From an uncultured bacterium (lineage in GTDB: Bacteria; Oederibacteriota; PGYV01; CAWJRG01): a stretch of DNA of 64,000 nucleotides. How positions within the stretch are numbered: the first letter of the stretch is position 1; every line of letters begins with the position of its first letter. The position numbers and the translations under genes are program-made. The stretch is taken from NCBI GenBank assembly GCA_963845185.1, contig CAWJRG010000001.1, positions 160,001-224,000 of the forward strand, read 5' to 3'. The notes beneath the pieces are model-generated. The model was not told where the DNA came from. It was given only the letters and a program-made list of their open reading frames with translations, and searched no databases. Shown piece after piece: positions 11,620 to 21,535 of the stretch.

Positions 11620-13875
11620 TCACGGGCTTCCCCGTGATATTTCAATCATTGAGGAAATCCTTTTTTCCGGCTCTGTTAGACTCTGGCTATGGGCTGCACG
11701 GTCAAAATATTTTTCACTGTCAACCATGGCAAACAATTCCTTGTCGTCCAGCAGATAAGGTATGCTGGTGACCTGCACAGTAAAGCATACCGAAGTAGAA
11801 GAATTTGCCGGCACGCTTACGCCCGTCCACCATACAACGACATTTGGCCCGTATGTCGTTGTCGAACACCCGCCTGTGCAGCTGACGAAAGTCATAACCG
11901 ATGGTATGGTGTCCCACAAATTGACCGAGGCTGCGGAACTGGCGTTGTTATAAGGCTGCAGGCAGTATTGCACCTGGCCTCCCAGAGGGACTTGCTGTAA
12001 GCTTTCGGTTTTTGTAAGTGTTATCTGCAGGGCCGGCGTGGATGTATATGTCGACGTTGCAGTATAGGTATAAGTTGGTGTTATAGTGTATGTCTTTGTA
12101 GGCGTAAATGTGGGTGTATATGTCGGTGACTGCCCTACAGTGGGTGAAATAGTAAATGTCGGCGTCCATGTCGGCGACTTGCATGTGTCCGCCATGTTTA
12201 CCGTGGATACAGGCGATGCCGCCTGCCCGGGGTAGGACAGCGAAGCGTTATTGTTCCAGTTGCAGGTGCTGTATGCCGAATTGTTGCTTAAATACATTTG
12301 CCATGTAAAGCATCCTGTAAATCCCGCTGCTGTCGGCACAAGTATGAACGTCGCTATGTAAGCGCTTGAGGAACCGGACAGGGATGCCAGACCGGGCCCT
12401 GGATTGCCGGTATAATACGGCCCTTGATATTGCCACCCGTCGCCTGCGTCGCTCGAGTAGTCGTCAATAACCGTGATATCCTGAGTCGCAGCTCCGCTGT
12501 TATTGCATATCGAAAGGGTAAAAGTCAGATTGGTATTTGTGGAACTAATTGTTGTTATGTTGGATGTTTTTACAAGAGTAAATACCGGCGTGGGCGTGAT
12601 TGTGAATGTCTTCGTCGCTGTCGGTGTTGCTGTATATGTCGGGCTGTTTGTCGGAGTGAAAGTTTTTGACGGGCAGAAATTCGTCACAGGCACGCCGCTG
12701 CTTGCATTACCGACCTGCCATGTTAGCGTCACGCTGTTGTACCAGTTCTCGCAGTAAACAATGTTCCATGACTCGGCCAGCCATGTAAAATCGTAGCAGG
12801 GCGTTGTGCAGCCCGTGCATGTAACTCCGGGAAATCCTTCCTCAAAAATAAGATATGGGTTAAGGTTGTTCGCTAAGGCGTTGGATGAAATGTCTCCGTA
12901 ATAAAATCCCCCGACGAAACCTGCACTGTTGGCGCCATAAGGCCCTTGGTACTGGTAGCCGCTGCCGCCACTGCCGACGGGTTGGTCTGTCCACTGGTCA
13001 TTTGTCCAGACTGTTTGAGTAGTGCCGCCGCCTGTGTTGCATATATGAAAAGCAAAACTTACAATTTCATTGTTGCCTCCTAAAAAAGTATTGCTCACAA
13101 GAGTTTTTGATATTGTCATGGCCGGTGGCTTGGGCGTGGGCTCTTCATTTAAGGTAAAACCCTGCCTGTAAAATACCTGCTGGCAGCCGGTCGCTATGCT
13201 TCCAAAACCCAAAGGAGGCAGCGGGCTGTGGAACTCAAAAGAACTGATTTTCTGGCCGTATTCCGTGCCGTTATAGACTATGGTTGAAGCAGACGCCCAT
13301 GTGCCGTTTTCATTGTATAGCGGGTTATACCATGTGAGTCCGCCTTCAGTTGGGCCCAAGTCACATGATACTGCGGTGCCCACTGGTGTTGCTGTCGGGT
13401 TACAGCATACATTGGTGTCCTCTGAATAATCAACCCCGTTGCCGCTGTCGCTGTCCACATAACTGTGCCCCCCGTCTGTACAAGTTATATCCATCGACCA
13501 TGTTGCCCACATTTCGCAGCATTCTGTGTTCTGGTCATGCACTGCAATGACATTTGTAAATGGTGCCAGCGCCAACGAATTAAGCTGTGCAGTGTTAAGT
13601 TGCATGCATTTGGGAGCTACCTGGCCTGTCAAACTTACATCCACGTATCCAAAAGTCGCGAGATATATCCCGTTGATGTAAACGTCGGCTATGTCGTCAA
13701 CAGCTGCGCAAAGCACTGCGGCTTGAGGCGTGCAAACAGTTGCAGCATGTAGGCTGAAATTAAATAAAACAAAAAATAAAAACACACATAAAATTATTTT
13801 TAGTTTCCCGTCAATTCCCCGTTTGGCATTAAACGACAATTTTGAATCCCTGTTCTTGATTTTTTCAGGGCTCAT
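11620..13875 (-). CDS. Secreted Cys-rich protein with DUF11-like Ig modules, Thr-Pro linkers and a C-terminal RGSP tail
   Basis: 751 aa; GGAGG RBS at 13884-13888; signal peptide (IILCVFLFFVLFNFSLHA); DUF11-like pattern ITLTKT..GGQVQY..NLWDTIPSVMTFVS..FTVQV. Confidence 0.8.
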   Translation of the reverse strand: MSPEKIKNRDSKLSFNAKRGIDGKLKIILCVFLFFVLFNFSLHAATVCTPQAAVLCAAVDDIADVYINGIYLATFGYVDVSLTGQVAPKCMQLNTAQLNSLALAPFTNVIAVHDQNTECCEMWATWSMDITCTDGGHSYVDSDSGNGVDYSEDTNVCCNPTATPVGTAVSCDLGPTEGGLTWYNPLYNENGTWASASTIVYNGTEYGQKISSFEFHSPLPPLGFGSIATGCQQVFYRQGFTLNEEPTPKPPAMTISKTLVSNTFLGGNNEIVSFAFHICNTGGGTTQTVWTNDQWTDQPVGSGGSGYQYQGPYGANSAGFVGGFYYGDISSNALANNLNPYLIFEEGFPGVTCTGCTTPCYDFTWLAESWNIVYCENWYNSVTLTWQVGNASSGVPVTNFCPSKTFTPTNSPTYTATPTATKTFTITPTPVFTLVKTSNITTISSTNTNLTFTLSICNNSGAATQDITVIDDYSSDAGDGWQYQGPYYTGNPGPGLASLSGSSSAYIATFILVPTAAGFTGCFTWQMYLSNNSAYSTCNWNNNASLSYPGQAASPVSTVNMADTCKSPTWTPTFTISPTVGQSPTYTPTFTPTKTYTITPTYTYTATSTYTSTPALQITLTKTESLQQVPLGGQVQYCLQPYNNASSAASVNLWDTIPSVMTFVSCTGGCSTTTYGPNVVVWWTGVSVPANSSTSVCFTVQVTSIPYLLDDKELFAMVDSEKYFDRAAHSQSLTEPEKRISSMIEISRGSP

Positions 13876-14092
13876 TGCTCATGCCTCCATAATTATAAAA
13901 TTGATATTTTCCTTTTACCTCTAATTCTCTTCCACAATAAGTATAATTAAATTTTACTATTTTGTCAAGAAAATAGTTAATAATTTTTTCAATTGTTGAA
14001 ATGGATGTTCCATTCTTTATATATTGATTAATTCTACTATATACTAGCATTATTCCGCTTTTTATGTATTTTAGTCTTTGATTTTTTTTCAT
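13865..14092 (-). CDS. Small basic hypothetical protein (75 aa), or a gene remnant
   Basis: Strong AAAGGAGGT RBS at ~14101-14109, downstream of an ECF-type promoter motif; no recognisable domain. Confidence 0.35.
   Translation of the reverse strand: MKKNQRLKYIKSGIMLVYSRINQYIKNGTSISTIEKIINYFLDKIVKFNYTYCGRELEVKGKYQFYNYGGMSNEP
13941..13968 (-). promoter_or_regulatory. Sigma70-type promoter upstream of the surface-protein genes
   Basis: Minus strand TTGACA-N17-TATACT. Confidence 0.6.
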
Positions 14093-14145
14093 TGTTAATA
14101 ACCTCCTTTCATTTTTAACTACTCAAAACATACTTTACATTATAT

Positions 14146-14172
14146 TTGACAATATAAATGCCAAAAAGTTCC
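14146..14172 (-). promoter_or_regulatory. ECF sigma promoter motif GGAACT-N15-TGTCAA
   Basis: Same motif and spacing as upstream of the ECF sigma gene and the VIT gene. Confidence 0.55.
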
Positions 14173-14458
14173 GGTATTTTTACGGTTTTTTTTATAATAT
14201 CAACATATTACTTAACCAATAGCCTTATAATCACATCATACTGTCTGCAAATATATCACTAAATTATCTTTCGCTAAGATATTTTTCGTAATTTTTTAAT
14301 TGTAATTTTATCTTAATGATTATAACAAAATGGTTATTTGAAAACTGTATTTAGCAGGTTATAAAAAAATGGGGTTATTGAATATCAAGGCTGCAATGAA
14401 ACATTGAATAAGCAGCAACGGTAAAATAATCGATATGTATCTTTTCAATTTTTCATCC

Positions 14459-15025
14459 TCAATACTGTAAGCAATATTCTTTTTCCTTTTTTAAGCTGAA
14501 AATACAAATTATAAGCAGCATTAAAAATATCCTTGCCTGCAGGTTCATTACGCGCTCAAAAAAGAGAAAATCAAAAGAAAGCGCAAAAAATACAAACGTG
14601 AAAAACGAAAATAATATGCTTTTTTCTCTGTTTATTAAATACCTGTAAAAATTCGCTGAACACAAAAAAAGTATGATGAAACTCACCGGCATGAAAAGTA
14701 CGTTAAATTCCTTAAAACCCGTTATAAAAAAGGTAAAAAACGCCAGCATGGATGTGGTTTCGTAAATTAAAAGGTTCGAATTTACACTGCCATAAAGAAA
14801 GTTAAAAGCCGCTGCAAAAAAAACATACATGGCAAAAATTGAATAATTATCAAGTATTAATGCGTGCTTTAGAATTAAAAAAATGCAATTTAAAACCAAA
14901 ACTGTTGTGAGAAAAATAATTTCACTCAGTTTGGGTTTTTTCGCCAATTTAATTTTGCGTATGGCATCAAAATTAATAATGCAAAAAAACACTGTCATTG
15001 ATAAAATTATTATGCCTTCCGCCAT
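14459..15025 (-). CDS. Hypothetical polytopic membrane protein
   Basis: 188 aa, about 6 hydrophobic segments, start abuts the stop of the upstream small ORF. Confidence 0.7.
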   Translation of the reverse strand: MAEGIIILSMTVFFCIINFDAIRKIKLAKKPKLSEIIFLTTVLVLNCIFLILKHALILDNYSIFAMYVFFAAAFNFLYGSVNSNLLIYETTSMLAFFTFFITGFKEFNVLFMPVSFIILFLCSANFYRYLINREKSILFSFFTFVFFALSFDFLFFERVMNLQARIFLMLLIICIFSLKKEKEYCLQY

Positions 15026-15184
15026 TTATTTATCCTTCCCGAAAATATTGATAAACATCACAAGGTTTACGATAAAAACTCCCGAGATAATAAAAGAACT
15101 TAAAGATGCAGGCATAAAAATAAAAATGCCTGTTGCAACAGCGGTTATCAGCATGATATATAAAAGCATTATTTTGTTTTTCAA
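15026..15184 (-). CDS. Small two-TM membrane protein (52 aa) absent from the ORF track
   Basis: The TTG start overlaps the upstream TGA and its TAA abuts the downstream ATG; translation MKNKIMLLYIMLITAVATGIFIFMPASLSSFIISGVFIVNLVMFINIFGKDK. Confidence 0.55.
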   Translation of the reverse strand: MKNKIMLLYIMLITAVATGIFIFMPASLSSFIISGVFIVNLVMFINIFGKDK

Positions 15185-16461
15185 ATCATCACCTGCGCCG
15201 CAAGCGCCGCTATAAGCGCTGCGAATAAGACAATTTTTACAATTATCCTGCTGTTTAAGGAATTTTTTATCATCCGCGCATCTGTCCTTTTCATCATGGA
15301 AAGCAGTATGAATATCTTGTTCAGCATATTTATCGCGTAAACCGCCCCTCCAAAAAGTGTTATTGCGGAAATAAAAGAATTCGCCTTAAATTTCAGGTAA
15401 AACATGGTGAATATATAGATTTCAATGGCCAGCATGCTCGTCATATTTACTATAAGCCAGGCACTATTTTTTATTTTTTTGAAATTATACCTCACGTCTG
15501 ATACTTTATATCCGCTTGCCTGGTTATTTGGCTCGTCAAAAAAATCGGAGAGTATGATGCCCTGTATTAAAATAAGCGCCACCACTGCAATGATTCCTCC
15601 GGCTGCAGGCTTTAGGGCCACTGCAAAAGCAACCACGAGCAGGAACGCGCTTGCCATATCACCGGCGGCAAACGCAGAATATTTCTCCTCGGTTATTGTA
15701 TTGAAAGCCGATAAGCACAAAAATACCAGAATAATGGGAATGAGCGCCTCAATTATAACAAATCCGCCGTATAACGATACTATTCTGTAAATAATCACAG
15801 CTTCCGCTGCAGAGCATAAGGCCGTAAAGCCGTTGAAAGTTTTTTTCTCACTTGTCAATAACACCATGTTTGCCGGCGTGGAAAAAAAAACGAGGAATAT
15901 AATTATCGCCGTCAATGACATCTTTGCGTATTTTGTGTTTTCCCGCAAAGCGATAAAAACCCCCGCAAAAAAAAGTATTCCCAAAAAATAGAAATATTTA
16001 TTTCTTGTCAAAACAGAAGTATTTTGGTTTTTATTGCCTGCCATGTTAAGAAAGCAGACAAAATCAAACGTAATAAAAGCTCCGGCTAAAATTATGATAT
16101 TACCGTAAATAACCGCGGCGGATAAAGCAAAAAGCATTATATAAATCCCCCCTGCATTCTCGTTCTCCACATGTTTCTTGCCGGCAGCCAGCATGACAAA
16201 CGCGGTTATTATTATAAATACGCCCACCATGCTTTTATCAACCTGGCTCCACAATATAATTTCTTTTGGGCGTGATATAAAAAGATATAAAAAAATACTG
16301 GATAAAAGCACTGTGAATATGGCAATGAAAAAAATGGCTGTTTTCGCATTTTTGTTTTGAGGCCTGCCGCTTACGGAGATAAAAAACGACGTCATAAAAC
16401 CCATTCCTAAAAAAAACTGGCTTGAATAGAGCAGGTATTGCTGGATATCCGGAATAATCAT
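15181..16461 (-). CDS. Multi-pass membrane protein, possibly a diverged MrpD/NuoN-like antiporter subunit
   Basis: 426 aa, ~13 hydrophobic segments; GNIIILAGAFITFDF...KYF loosely resembles the GDLFNLFVFFE...KY pattern of that family. Confidence 0.5.
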   Translation of the reverse strand: MIIPDIQQYLLYSSQFFLGMGFMTSFFISVSGRPQNKNAKTAIFFIAIFTVLLSSIFLYLFISRPKEIILWSQVDKSMVGVFIIITAFVMLAAGKKHVENENAGGIYIMLFALSAAVIYGNIIILAGAFITFDFVCFLNMAGNKNQNTSVLTRNKYFYFLGILFFAGVFIALRENTKYAKMSLTAIIIFLVFFSTPANMVLLTSEKKTFNGFTALCSAAEAVIIYRIVSLYGGFVIIEALIPIILVFLCLSAFNTITEEKYSAFAAGDMASAFLLVVAFAVALKPAAGGIIAVVALILIQGIILSDFFDEPNNQASGYKVSDVRYNFKKIKNSAWLIVNMTSMLAIEIYIFTMFYLKFKANSFISAITLFGGAVYAINMLNKIFILLSMMKRTDARMIKNSLNSRIIVKIVLFAALIAALAAQVMI

Positions 16462-16464
16462 GAT

Positions 16465-17691
16465 TTATATAAGACCGTTTGTTTTGACTATTATTATTTT
16501 TTTTGTGTGCTGCGCCGCTATATACAAAGTCTTGCCGTTTGGCGATAAAGTAAGCCATTTGGGGAAATCGTCCTTAAACTGTATTTCAAACACTTTTTCC
16601 CCTTGCTTTATATCCAAAAAAATAATTTTGTCCTTTCCCGGCACGGTCAGAAACAGGTACTTTTTGCTTTTTGCCAGCTCGCCGCTGTAAACGCCTCCGT
16701 CAATAAGTATACTTTTGACCACTGAATATTTGGTTCTGTCTATTATTACTATGTTGCTCTGGTTATTAAAGGCATATTCCCATTCGTGTACTATGGCAAG
16801 ATTTTTACCGCCAATTGGTATTATTGACACAGGAGACGTCCCCACCGGTATGGTGACGAGTACGTTGCGTTCTTTCTCTGTATCAATGAGCTCAATTGTA
16901 TTTGTATACTGGCATGTAACGTAAAGGTATTTTTTGTCCGGGGCAAGATATAAATCAGAAGGCCATTTTCCGGTCTCTATCTTTGCCTCCACCGTCAGCG
17001 AATTTAAATCTATCACAGCCACATTGCTGCTCGTGATATTGGCAGTGTATAATTTTCTTTTTTCAGGATAAATGCTCAAGGCTACTGGCCCGGCTCCCCC
17101 TGATTTAATATCGTGTTTTTGCTTTGTCTCCATATTGTACACCGTAACACTGTCGCTTGCCTTGTTTGCGGTATAAAGAAATTTTCCATCGATTAAAATA
17201 TCATAAACCATGTTGCCCGCCTCGATTTGTCCTTTTTCCGCCTTACTTTTAATGTCAAAAACGTGTACTATATTACCTCTCTCCTCGCTTACAAAAAGAT
17301 CGTCGTTATAGCAAAGAATTTTTGCCGGTATGAAGCTGAGGGTTATTTCCCCGTCAACCTCAGGCAATTTCCTTGCCCCGCATCCTGAAAAAATCAGCGC
17401 AAGTATTAGGAATCCCAGTATTAAGAAATAATCTATTTTGCTCAGAATGACTTCCTGGATTTTGCCGTTAGCCGTGACCGCAGCGATAAAAGTGAAAATC
17501 ATAACTGCTCCCGCGCAAACCCAGAGCAGGAGCGGCGAAATATCGGTTTTTAGCATTAAAAGCGTAATAATCCCGGTTTTCACAAGCACAAGTGCTACAA
17601 ACATTGCCCTGCGGAAATCCCTTCTGTATAAAATCAAATTGGAAAAAATCAGGAATAATACGGCCTGCCATGCAAAAAGTATTTTAATCAT
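16465..17691 (-). CDS. N-terminal membrane domain (NuoK-like) fused to a YncE/YVTN beta-propeller
   Basis: Three hydrophobic helices with LYRR, then a lipobox-like LIFSGC, then repeats of the LYTAN..SDSVTV / P..L.LSPDGK.LYV type. Confidence 0.7.
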   Translation of the reverse strand: MIKILFAWQAVLFLIFSNLILYRRDFRRAMFVALVLVKTGIITLLMLKTDISPLLLWVCAGAVMIFTFIAAVTANGKIQEVILSKIDYFLILGFLILALIFSGCGARKLPEVDGEITLSFIPAKILCYNDDLFVSEERGNIVHVFDIKSKAEKGQIEAGNMVYDILIDGKFLYTANKASDSVTVYNMETKQKHDIKSGGAGPVALSIYPEKRKLYTANITSSNVAVIDLNSLTVEAKIETGKWPSDLYLAPDKKYLYVTCQYTNTIELIDTEKERNVLVTIPVGTSPVSIIPIGGKNLAIVHEWEYAFNNQSNIVIIDRTKYSVVKSILIDGGVYSGELAKSKKYLFLTVPGKDKIIFLDIKQGEKVFEIQFKDDFPKWLTLSPNGKTLYIAAQHTKKIIIVKTNGLI

Positions 17692-18130
17692 TTTTATCCG
17701 GCTCCCGGTTTTTTATGAAAAAATACCCTGCGTATGAAAATAGCAAAAGCAAAAATGCAATTATGATGATTTCTTCAAAACTTGCGGATTTGCCGGTTTG
17801 GGGTAATGCTGGCGTTTTAATTATGAATACCACGCTCAACACAACAATAGCAAAGTTAAGTATGTATATAAAAATCTCCTGTAGCCAATTTGTTTTTTTG
17901 AGTTTTGTTTCGGCATCCGCGCCAGGTTTGATGAAATATATTATCGCGTTTAAAACAAGGGCTGCGACAAGAAAAACGAATGCCTGCCGTACGTCCGCTA
18001 TTTTTGATTTAAGGGAAATAAAAATCAGAAAATCAACAATGCTTAAAACAAAAAGTTTTAAGTTGTTGTCGCGTATGAAGATTGCCGCCGGATAACCCGC
18101 GATTCCGAGTGCAATAATAATGTCCGCCAT
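17684..18130 (-). CDS. Membrane protein, possibly a diverged NuoJ-like subunit
   Basis: Probable start MADIII at 18130 with a GGGGAAG RBS; five hydrophobic segments; last helix SFEEIIIIAFLLLLFSYAGYFFIKNR. Confidence 0.55.
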   Translation of the reverse strand: MADIIIALGIAGYPAAIFIRDNNLKLFVLSIVDFLIFISLKSKIADVRQAFVFLVAALVLNAIIYFIKPGADAETKLKKTNWLQEIFIYILNFAIVVLSVVFIIKTPALPQTGKSASFEEIIIIAFLLLLFSYAGYFFIKNREPDKND

Positions 18131-18170
18131 TGTCAGCTTCCCCGTGTTTAATATGTTGATTGCGTACAAG

Positions 18171-19094
18171 TTATTGTTTATGCTTTTGTTTTTCTTCCCA
18201 TTGTTCCCAATCGACAATCAGGGGGCTTGCCAGAAAATCAGAGGAATAAGTTCCAACCACAACTCCAATGACAAGGGCAAGCGAGAAAGTGTGAAGGACG
18301 TTTCCGCCGAACAAAAAAAGCGAAGTGGCAACGCTGAAAGTGGTGAATGAAGTTATGATGGTCCTGGACAGGACTTCGTTTATGCTTATATTTACAAGAT
18401 CGAAAAAAGTCGTTTTCAAAATATGCCTCATGTTTTCCCTTATCCTGTCAAAAACAACAACGGTGTCGGTTAAGGAGTACCCTGCTATGGTGAGCAGTGC
18501 TGTTATCACTAGTAGGTCTATTTCTTTATTAAAAATGACCATAAATCCCAGCACTACAAGCACGTCATGAAGCGTCGCAATGGTGGCAGCCACGGCAAAC
18601 TTAAACTGAAACCTAATCCATATATAAACAAGTATCCCTATCAGCGCCCAGAAAACCGCCAGCAGGGCTTTTTGCTTTAACTGTACGCTTACCATGGGCC
18701 CTATTTCATTCTCTTCCAGAACTGTCATTGCTTCATCGCCTGTTTCTTTCTTAAGCATAGCCGTCAATTTGCCCGACGCGTTCTCTTCCTTTAAATCCCT
18801 TGAGCCTACCCTTATCAGGAATATTTTGTCCGTATCCGCGCCGATCTTTTGTATTACAGACTCCTGAAAATTATTTTTCAGCATTATGTTTCTTATGTCG
18901 TCGACTTTTATAGGTTTAACGAATTTAATCTGTATCGTGGTTCCACCTGTAAAATCCAGCCCCATGGCGGCTTTTCCCGTCGCAATTTTAACAACCGACC
19001 ACAGGCCATTGAGCACAAGTAAAGCCGAAAGTACGTATGTAATTTTTCTCGCACCTATGAAATTAATTTTCGTGTTCTTGATTATCTCTAGCAT
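18171..19094 (-). CDS. secF: Protein translocase subunit SecF
   Basis: GLDFTGGT and GYSLTDTVVVFDRIREN motifs; CAGGAGG RBS before the ATG at 19094. Confidence 0.97.
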   Translation of the reverse strand: MLEIIKNTKINFIGARKITYVLSALLVLNGLWSVVKIATGKAAMGLDFTGGTTIQIKFVKPIKVDDIRNIMLKNNFQESVIQKIGADTDKIFLIRVGSRDLKEENASGKLTAMLKKETGDEAMTVLEENEIGPMVSVQLKQKALLAVFWALIGILVYIWIRFQFKFAVAATIATLHDVLVVLGFMVIFNKEIDLLVITALLTIAGYSLTDTVVVFDRIRENMRHILKTTFFDLVNISINEVLSRTIITSFTTFSVATSLFLFGGNVLHTFSLALVIGVVVGTYSSDFLASPLIVDWEQWEEKQKHKQ

Positions 19095-19162
19095 CTTTTC
19101 CTCCTGATAATAATTTTCTTTTATTTTACTTTTAAACAAATACCATACTCTAATCTATGATT

Positions 19163-20506
19163 TTATATGCTTAATTTGTTGTATTGTTTCCTTATATCGA
19201 ATATTGTCTGGGTTATAAAATATGCCGTGAACAGGCTTATGACAAGGCCCCAGAATAAAGTTACCGCGAACCCTCTTATCGGGCCCGTGCCGAACTGGAA
19301 AAGTATTGCCGCGGTAATAAGTGAGGTTACATGCGAGTCTATAATTGTCCATAAAGCCCTTTTGTATCCGGCGTCTATCGCAGCCCTTATGGTTTTTCCC
19401 GTCCTTAGTTCCTCCCTTATCCTTTCCAGAATAAGTACGTTGGCGTCAACTGCCATACCAAGGGTTAGTGTCAGTCCCGCTATGCCCGGCAATGTCAGTG
19501 TCGCATTTAAGGCAGACATGATTCCCAGGACAAACAGCAGGTTAAAAATAAGCGCAATATCGGCGATAAATCCTGAAAATCTGTAATAAAATACCATAAA
19601 AATCACGACAAGCAGCGCGCCTATCATTATTGACTTTTGGCCTGCTTTTATTGCGTCAGCACCGAGCGACGGCCCTATTATATATTTATTTATAATTTTA
19701 ACAGGCGCCGGAAGCGCACCGGCCCTCAGCACTAGCGCCAGGTCTTTTGACTCATCAAGTGTGAACGAGCCTTCTATTATTCCCGACCCGCCGCCTATCC
19801 TTGTTTTAATTACAGGCGCGGAATAAACTTTATCGTCAAGTATTATTGCGAGGCGCTTTCCCACATTGTCGCCTGTTATTTCTCCGAATTTTCTTCCGCC
19901 TTCAGGCGATAGTTTAAATGCTACCACCGGCCCGCCATATTGCCCCATTTCAACCTTCGCGTCTATCAGTTCAGCCCCGGTTAAAATAGTGTTCTTGTCG
20001 ATCACCATCCTGTCGCCTTCTTCTTTTCCTTCAAGCACTTCGACTTCCGGAGGTATTTTATCAGCCACTGTATTTCCCGCTGCATCAAGCATGTCCGTAA
20101 TTTTATATCGCTCATTGACAAGCTTAAACTGCAATTGCGCTGTTTTCCCTATTATATCAAGCGCGCGTTCTGGATTTTTTATCCCGGGTAACTGTACGAC
20201 AATAAACTGTTCGCCTTCCCTTTGTATTAAAGGTTCGGCAACTCCGAGCGCGTCAATCCTGTTTCTTAATATTTCAAGCGCCCTTGAAACAGCTTCCTCA
20301 AGTTTTATGTTAGGCGGCAGTTTGTCGGAGTCAATGGCTAGCTTTAGATACATGCCGCCCTGCAAATCAAGGCCGAGTTTTATCTTGCCCTTTTCTATTA
20401 TGTTGCCGTCTGTATCCTTTATGTCAAAAGGCGGATAAAGTTTCCAGACAGAAAGCACAAGCATGACAAGTGTTACAAACGCTATTATCTGCTGTTTTCT
20501 ATACAT
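19163..20506 (-). CDS. secD: Protein translocase subunit SecD
   Basis: LGLDLQGG, LRAGALPAP and GMAVDANVLILERIREE motifs. Confidence 0.98.
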   Translation of the reverse strand: MYRKQQIIAFVTLVMLVLSVWKLYPPFDIKDTDGNIIEKGKIKLGLDLQGGMYLKLAIDSDKLPPNIKLEEAVSRALEILRNRIDALGVAEPLIQREGEQFIVVQLPGIKNPERALDIIGKTAQLQFKLVNERYKITDMLDAAGNTVADKIPPEVEVLEGKEEGDRMVIDKNTILTGAELIDAKVEMGQYGGPVVAFKLSPEGGRKFGEITGDNVGKRLAIILDDKVYSAPVIKTRIGGGSGIIEGSFTLDESKDLALVLRAGALPAPVKIINKYIIGPSLGADAIKAGQKSIMIGALLVVIFMVFYYRFSGFIADIALIFNLLFVLGIMSALNATLTLPGIAGLTLTLGMAVDANVLILERIREELRTGKTIRAAIDAGYKRALWTIIDSHVTSLITAAILFQFGTGPIRGFAVTLFWGLVISLFTAYFITQTIFDIRKQYNKLSI

Positions 20507-20764
20507 TAAATTTCCTCCGTATTTGTTTGTTATTAATAGATTTATTTAACGAATGCGTTAATAATAGCATATTACAAGGTTATTTGACAACAGGAATTTT
20601 ATAAGGAAATAGTTGGGGTATCTGTTATTCAAATATATTATTTAGAATGTTTAATAAACTTTTTCTTGTAAATATCGATACTTTTAATGTATACTATTTC
20701 AACTTATTTATTACCTGGCATTTTTGTAAGTGGCCGGATAAATCCTGTAATGGAGGTTTCTGAA

Positions 20765-21445
20765 ATGATTGACTATATGGAAATAATATACTGGTGCATC
20801 TTTGCGGCTTTAATGATAGGCGAATTTTTAGTCGCGAAAGTTTATAAGCTTGATAAAAAACACGTCGTACGCGACTGGGTTGAGCCTGCTTATGAGGCAA
20901 TCATAATAGCAACGATTTTAAGGATTTTTGTCATCCAGTCCTTTGCCATACCCTCAGGTTCAATGGAAGATTCGCTTAAAATCGGCGATCACCCTATGGC
21001 GATAAAATTCGCTTATGGATTATACAACCCTCTTCAGGATAAACTGATTTTTGATTTTATTAAACCCAAAAGGGGCGATGTTATTATTTTTCGGGACCCC
21101 ACGGGAAAAACCAATGAAATGTGGATAAAACGCTGCATGGCAATCCCGGGCGATACAATTGAAATGAAAGACAAAGTTTTTTACTTAAACGGGAAAAAAC
21201 TCGATGAACCGTATATAGTACACAAGGACCCGCACATATATCCTTTTCCTCAGACCACGCGTGATAATTTCCCCCAGATAGTTGTTCCAAAGGGTTATAT
21301 TTTTGCCATGGGTGATAACAGGGATAATTCTTATGATAGTAGGTTCTGGGGGTTCCTGCCTTACAAAAAACTCCGCGGCAAGGCTTTCTGCGTTTACTGG
21401 CCCCCGAATAGGATCAAAATAATCAAGCATTACAAAATAAATTAG
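20765..21445 (+). CDS. lepB: Signal peptidase I
   Basis: IPSGSM (catalytic Ser), IKRC (catalytic Lys), GDNRDNSYDSRFWG; GGAGGT RBS before ATG 20765. Confidence 0.96.
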   Translation: MIDYMEIIYWCIFAALMIGEFLVAKVYKLDKKHVVRDWVEPAYEAIIIATILRIFVIQSFAIPSGSMEDSLKIGDHPMAIKFAYGLYNPLQDKLIFDFIKPKRGDVIIFRDPTGKTNEMWIKRCMAIPGDTIEMKDKVFYLNGKKLDEPYIVHKDPHIYPFPQTTRDNFPQIVVPKGYIFAMGDNRDNSYDSRFWGFLPYKKLRGKAFCVYWPPNRIKIIKHYKIN

Positions 21446-21535
21446 TAGTCATATGAAAAATATTTTTTTGCAGTTGGCGGTTTAAATCCCTATATGGCAG
21501 ATGCAGAATCTTTCATATCGAATTTCTTGTCTGAT

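Noticed and set aside
18131..18217. N-terminal extension of the 177-aa ORF overlapping secF
   Set aside because: A better ATG with an RBS exists at 18130, which removes the overlap.
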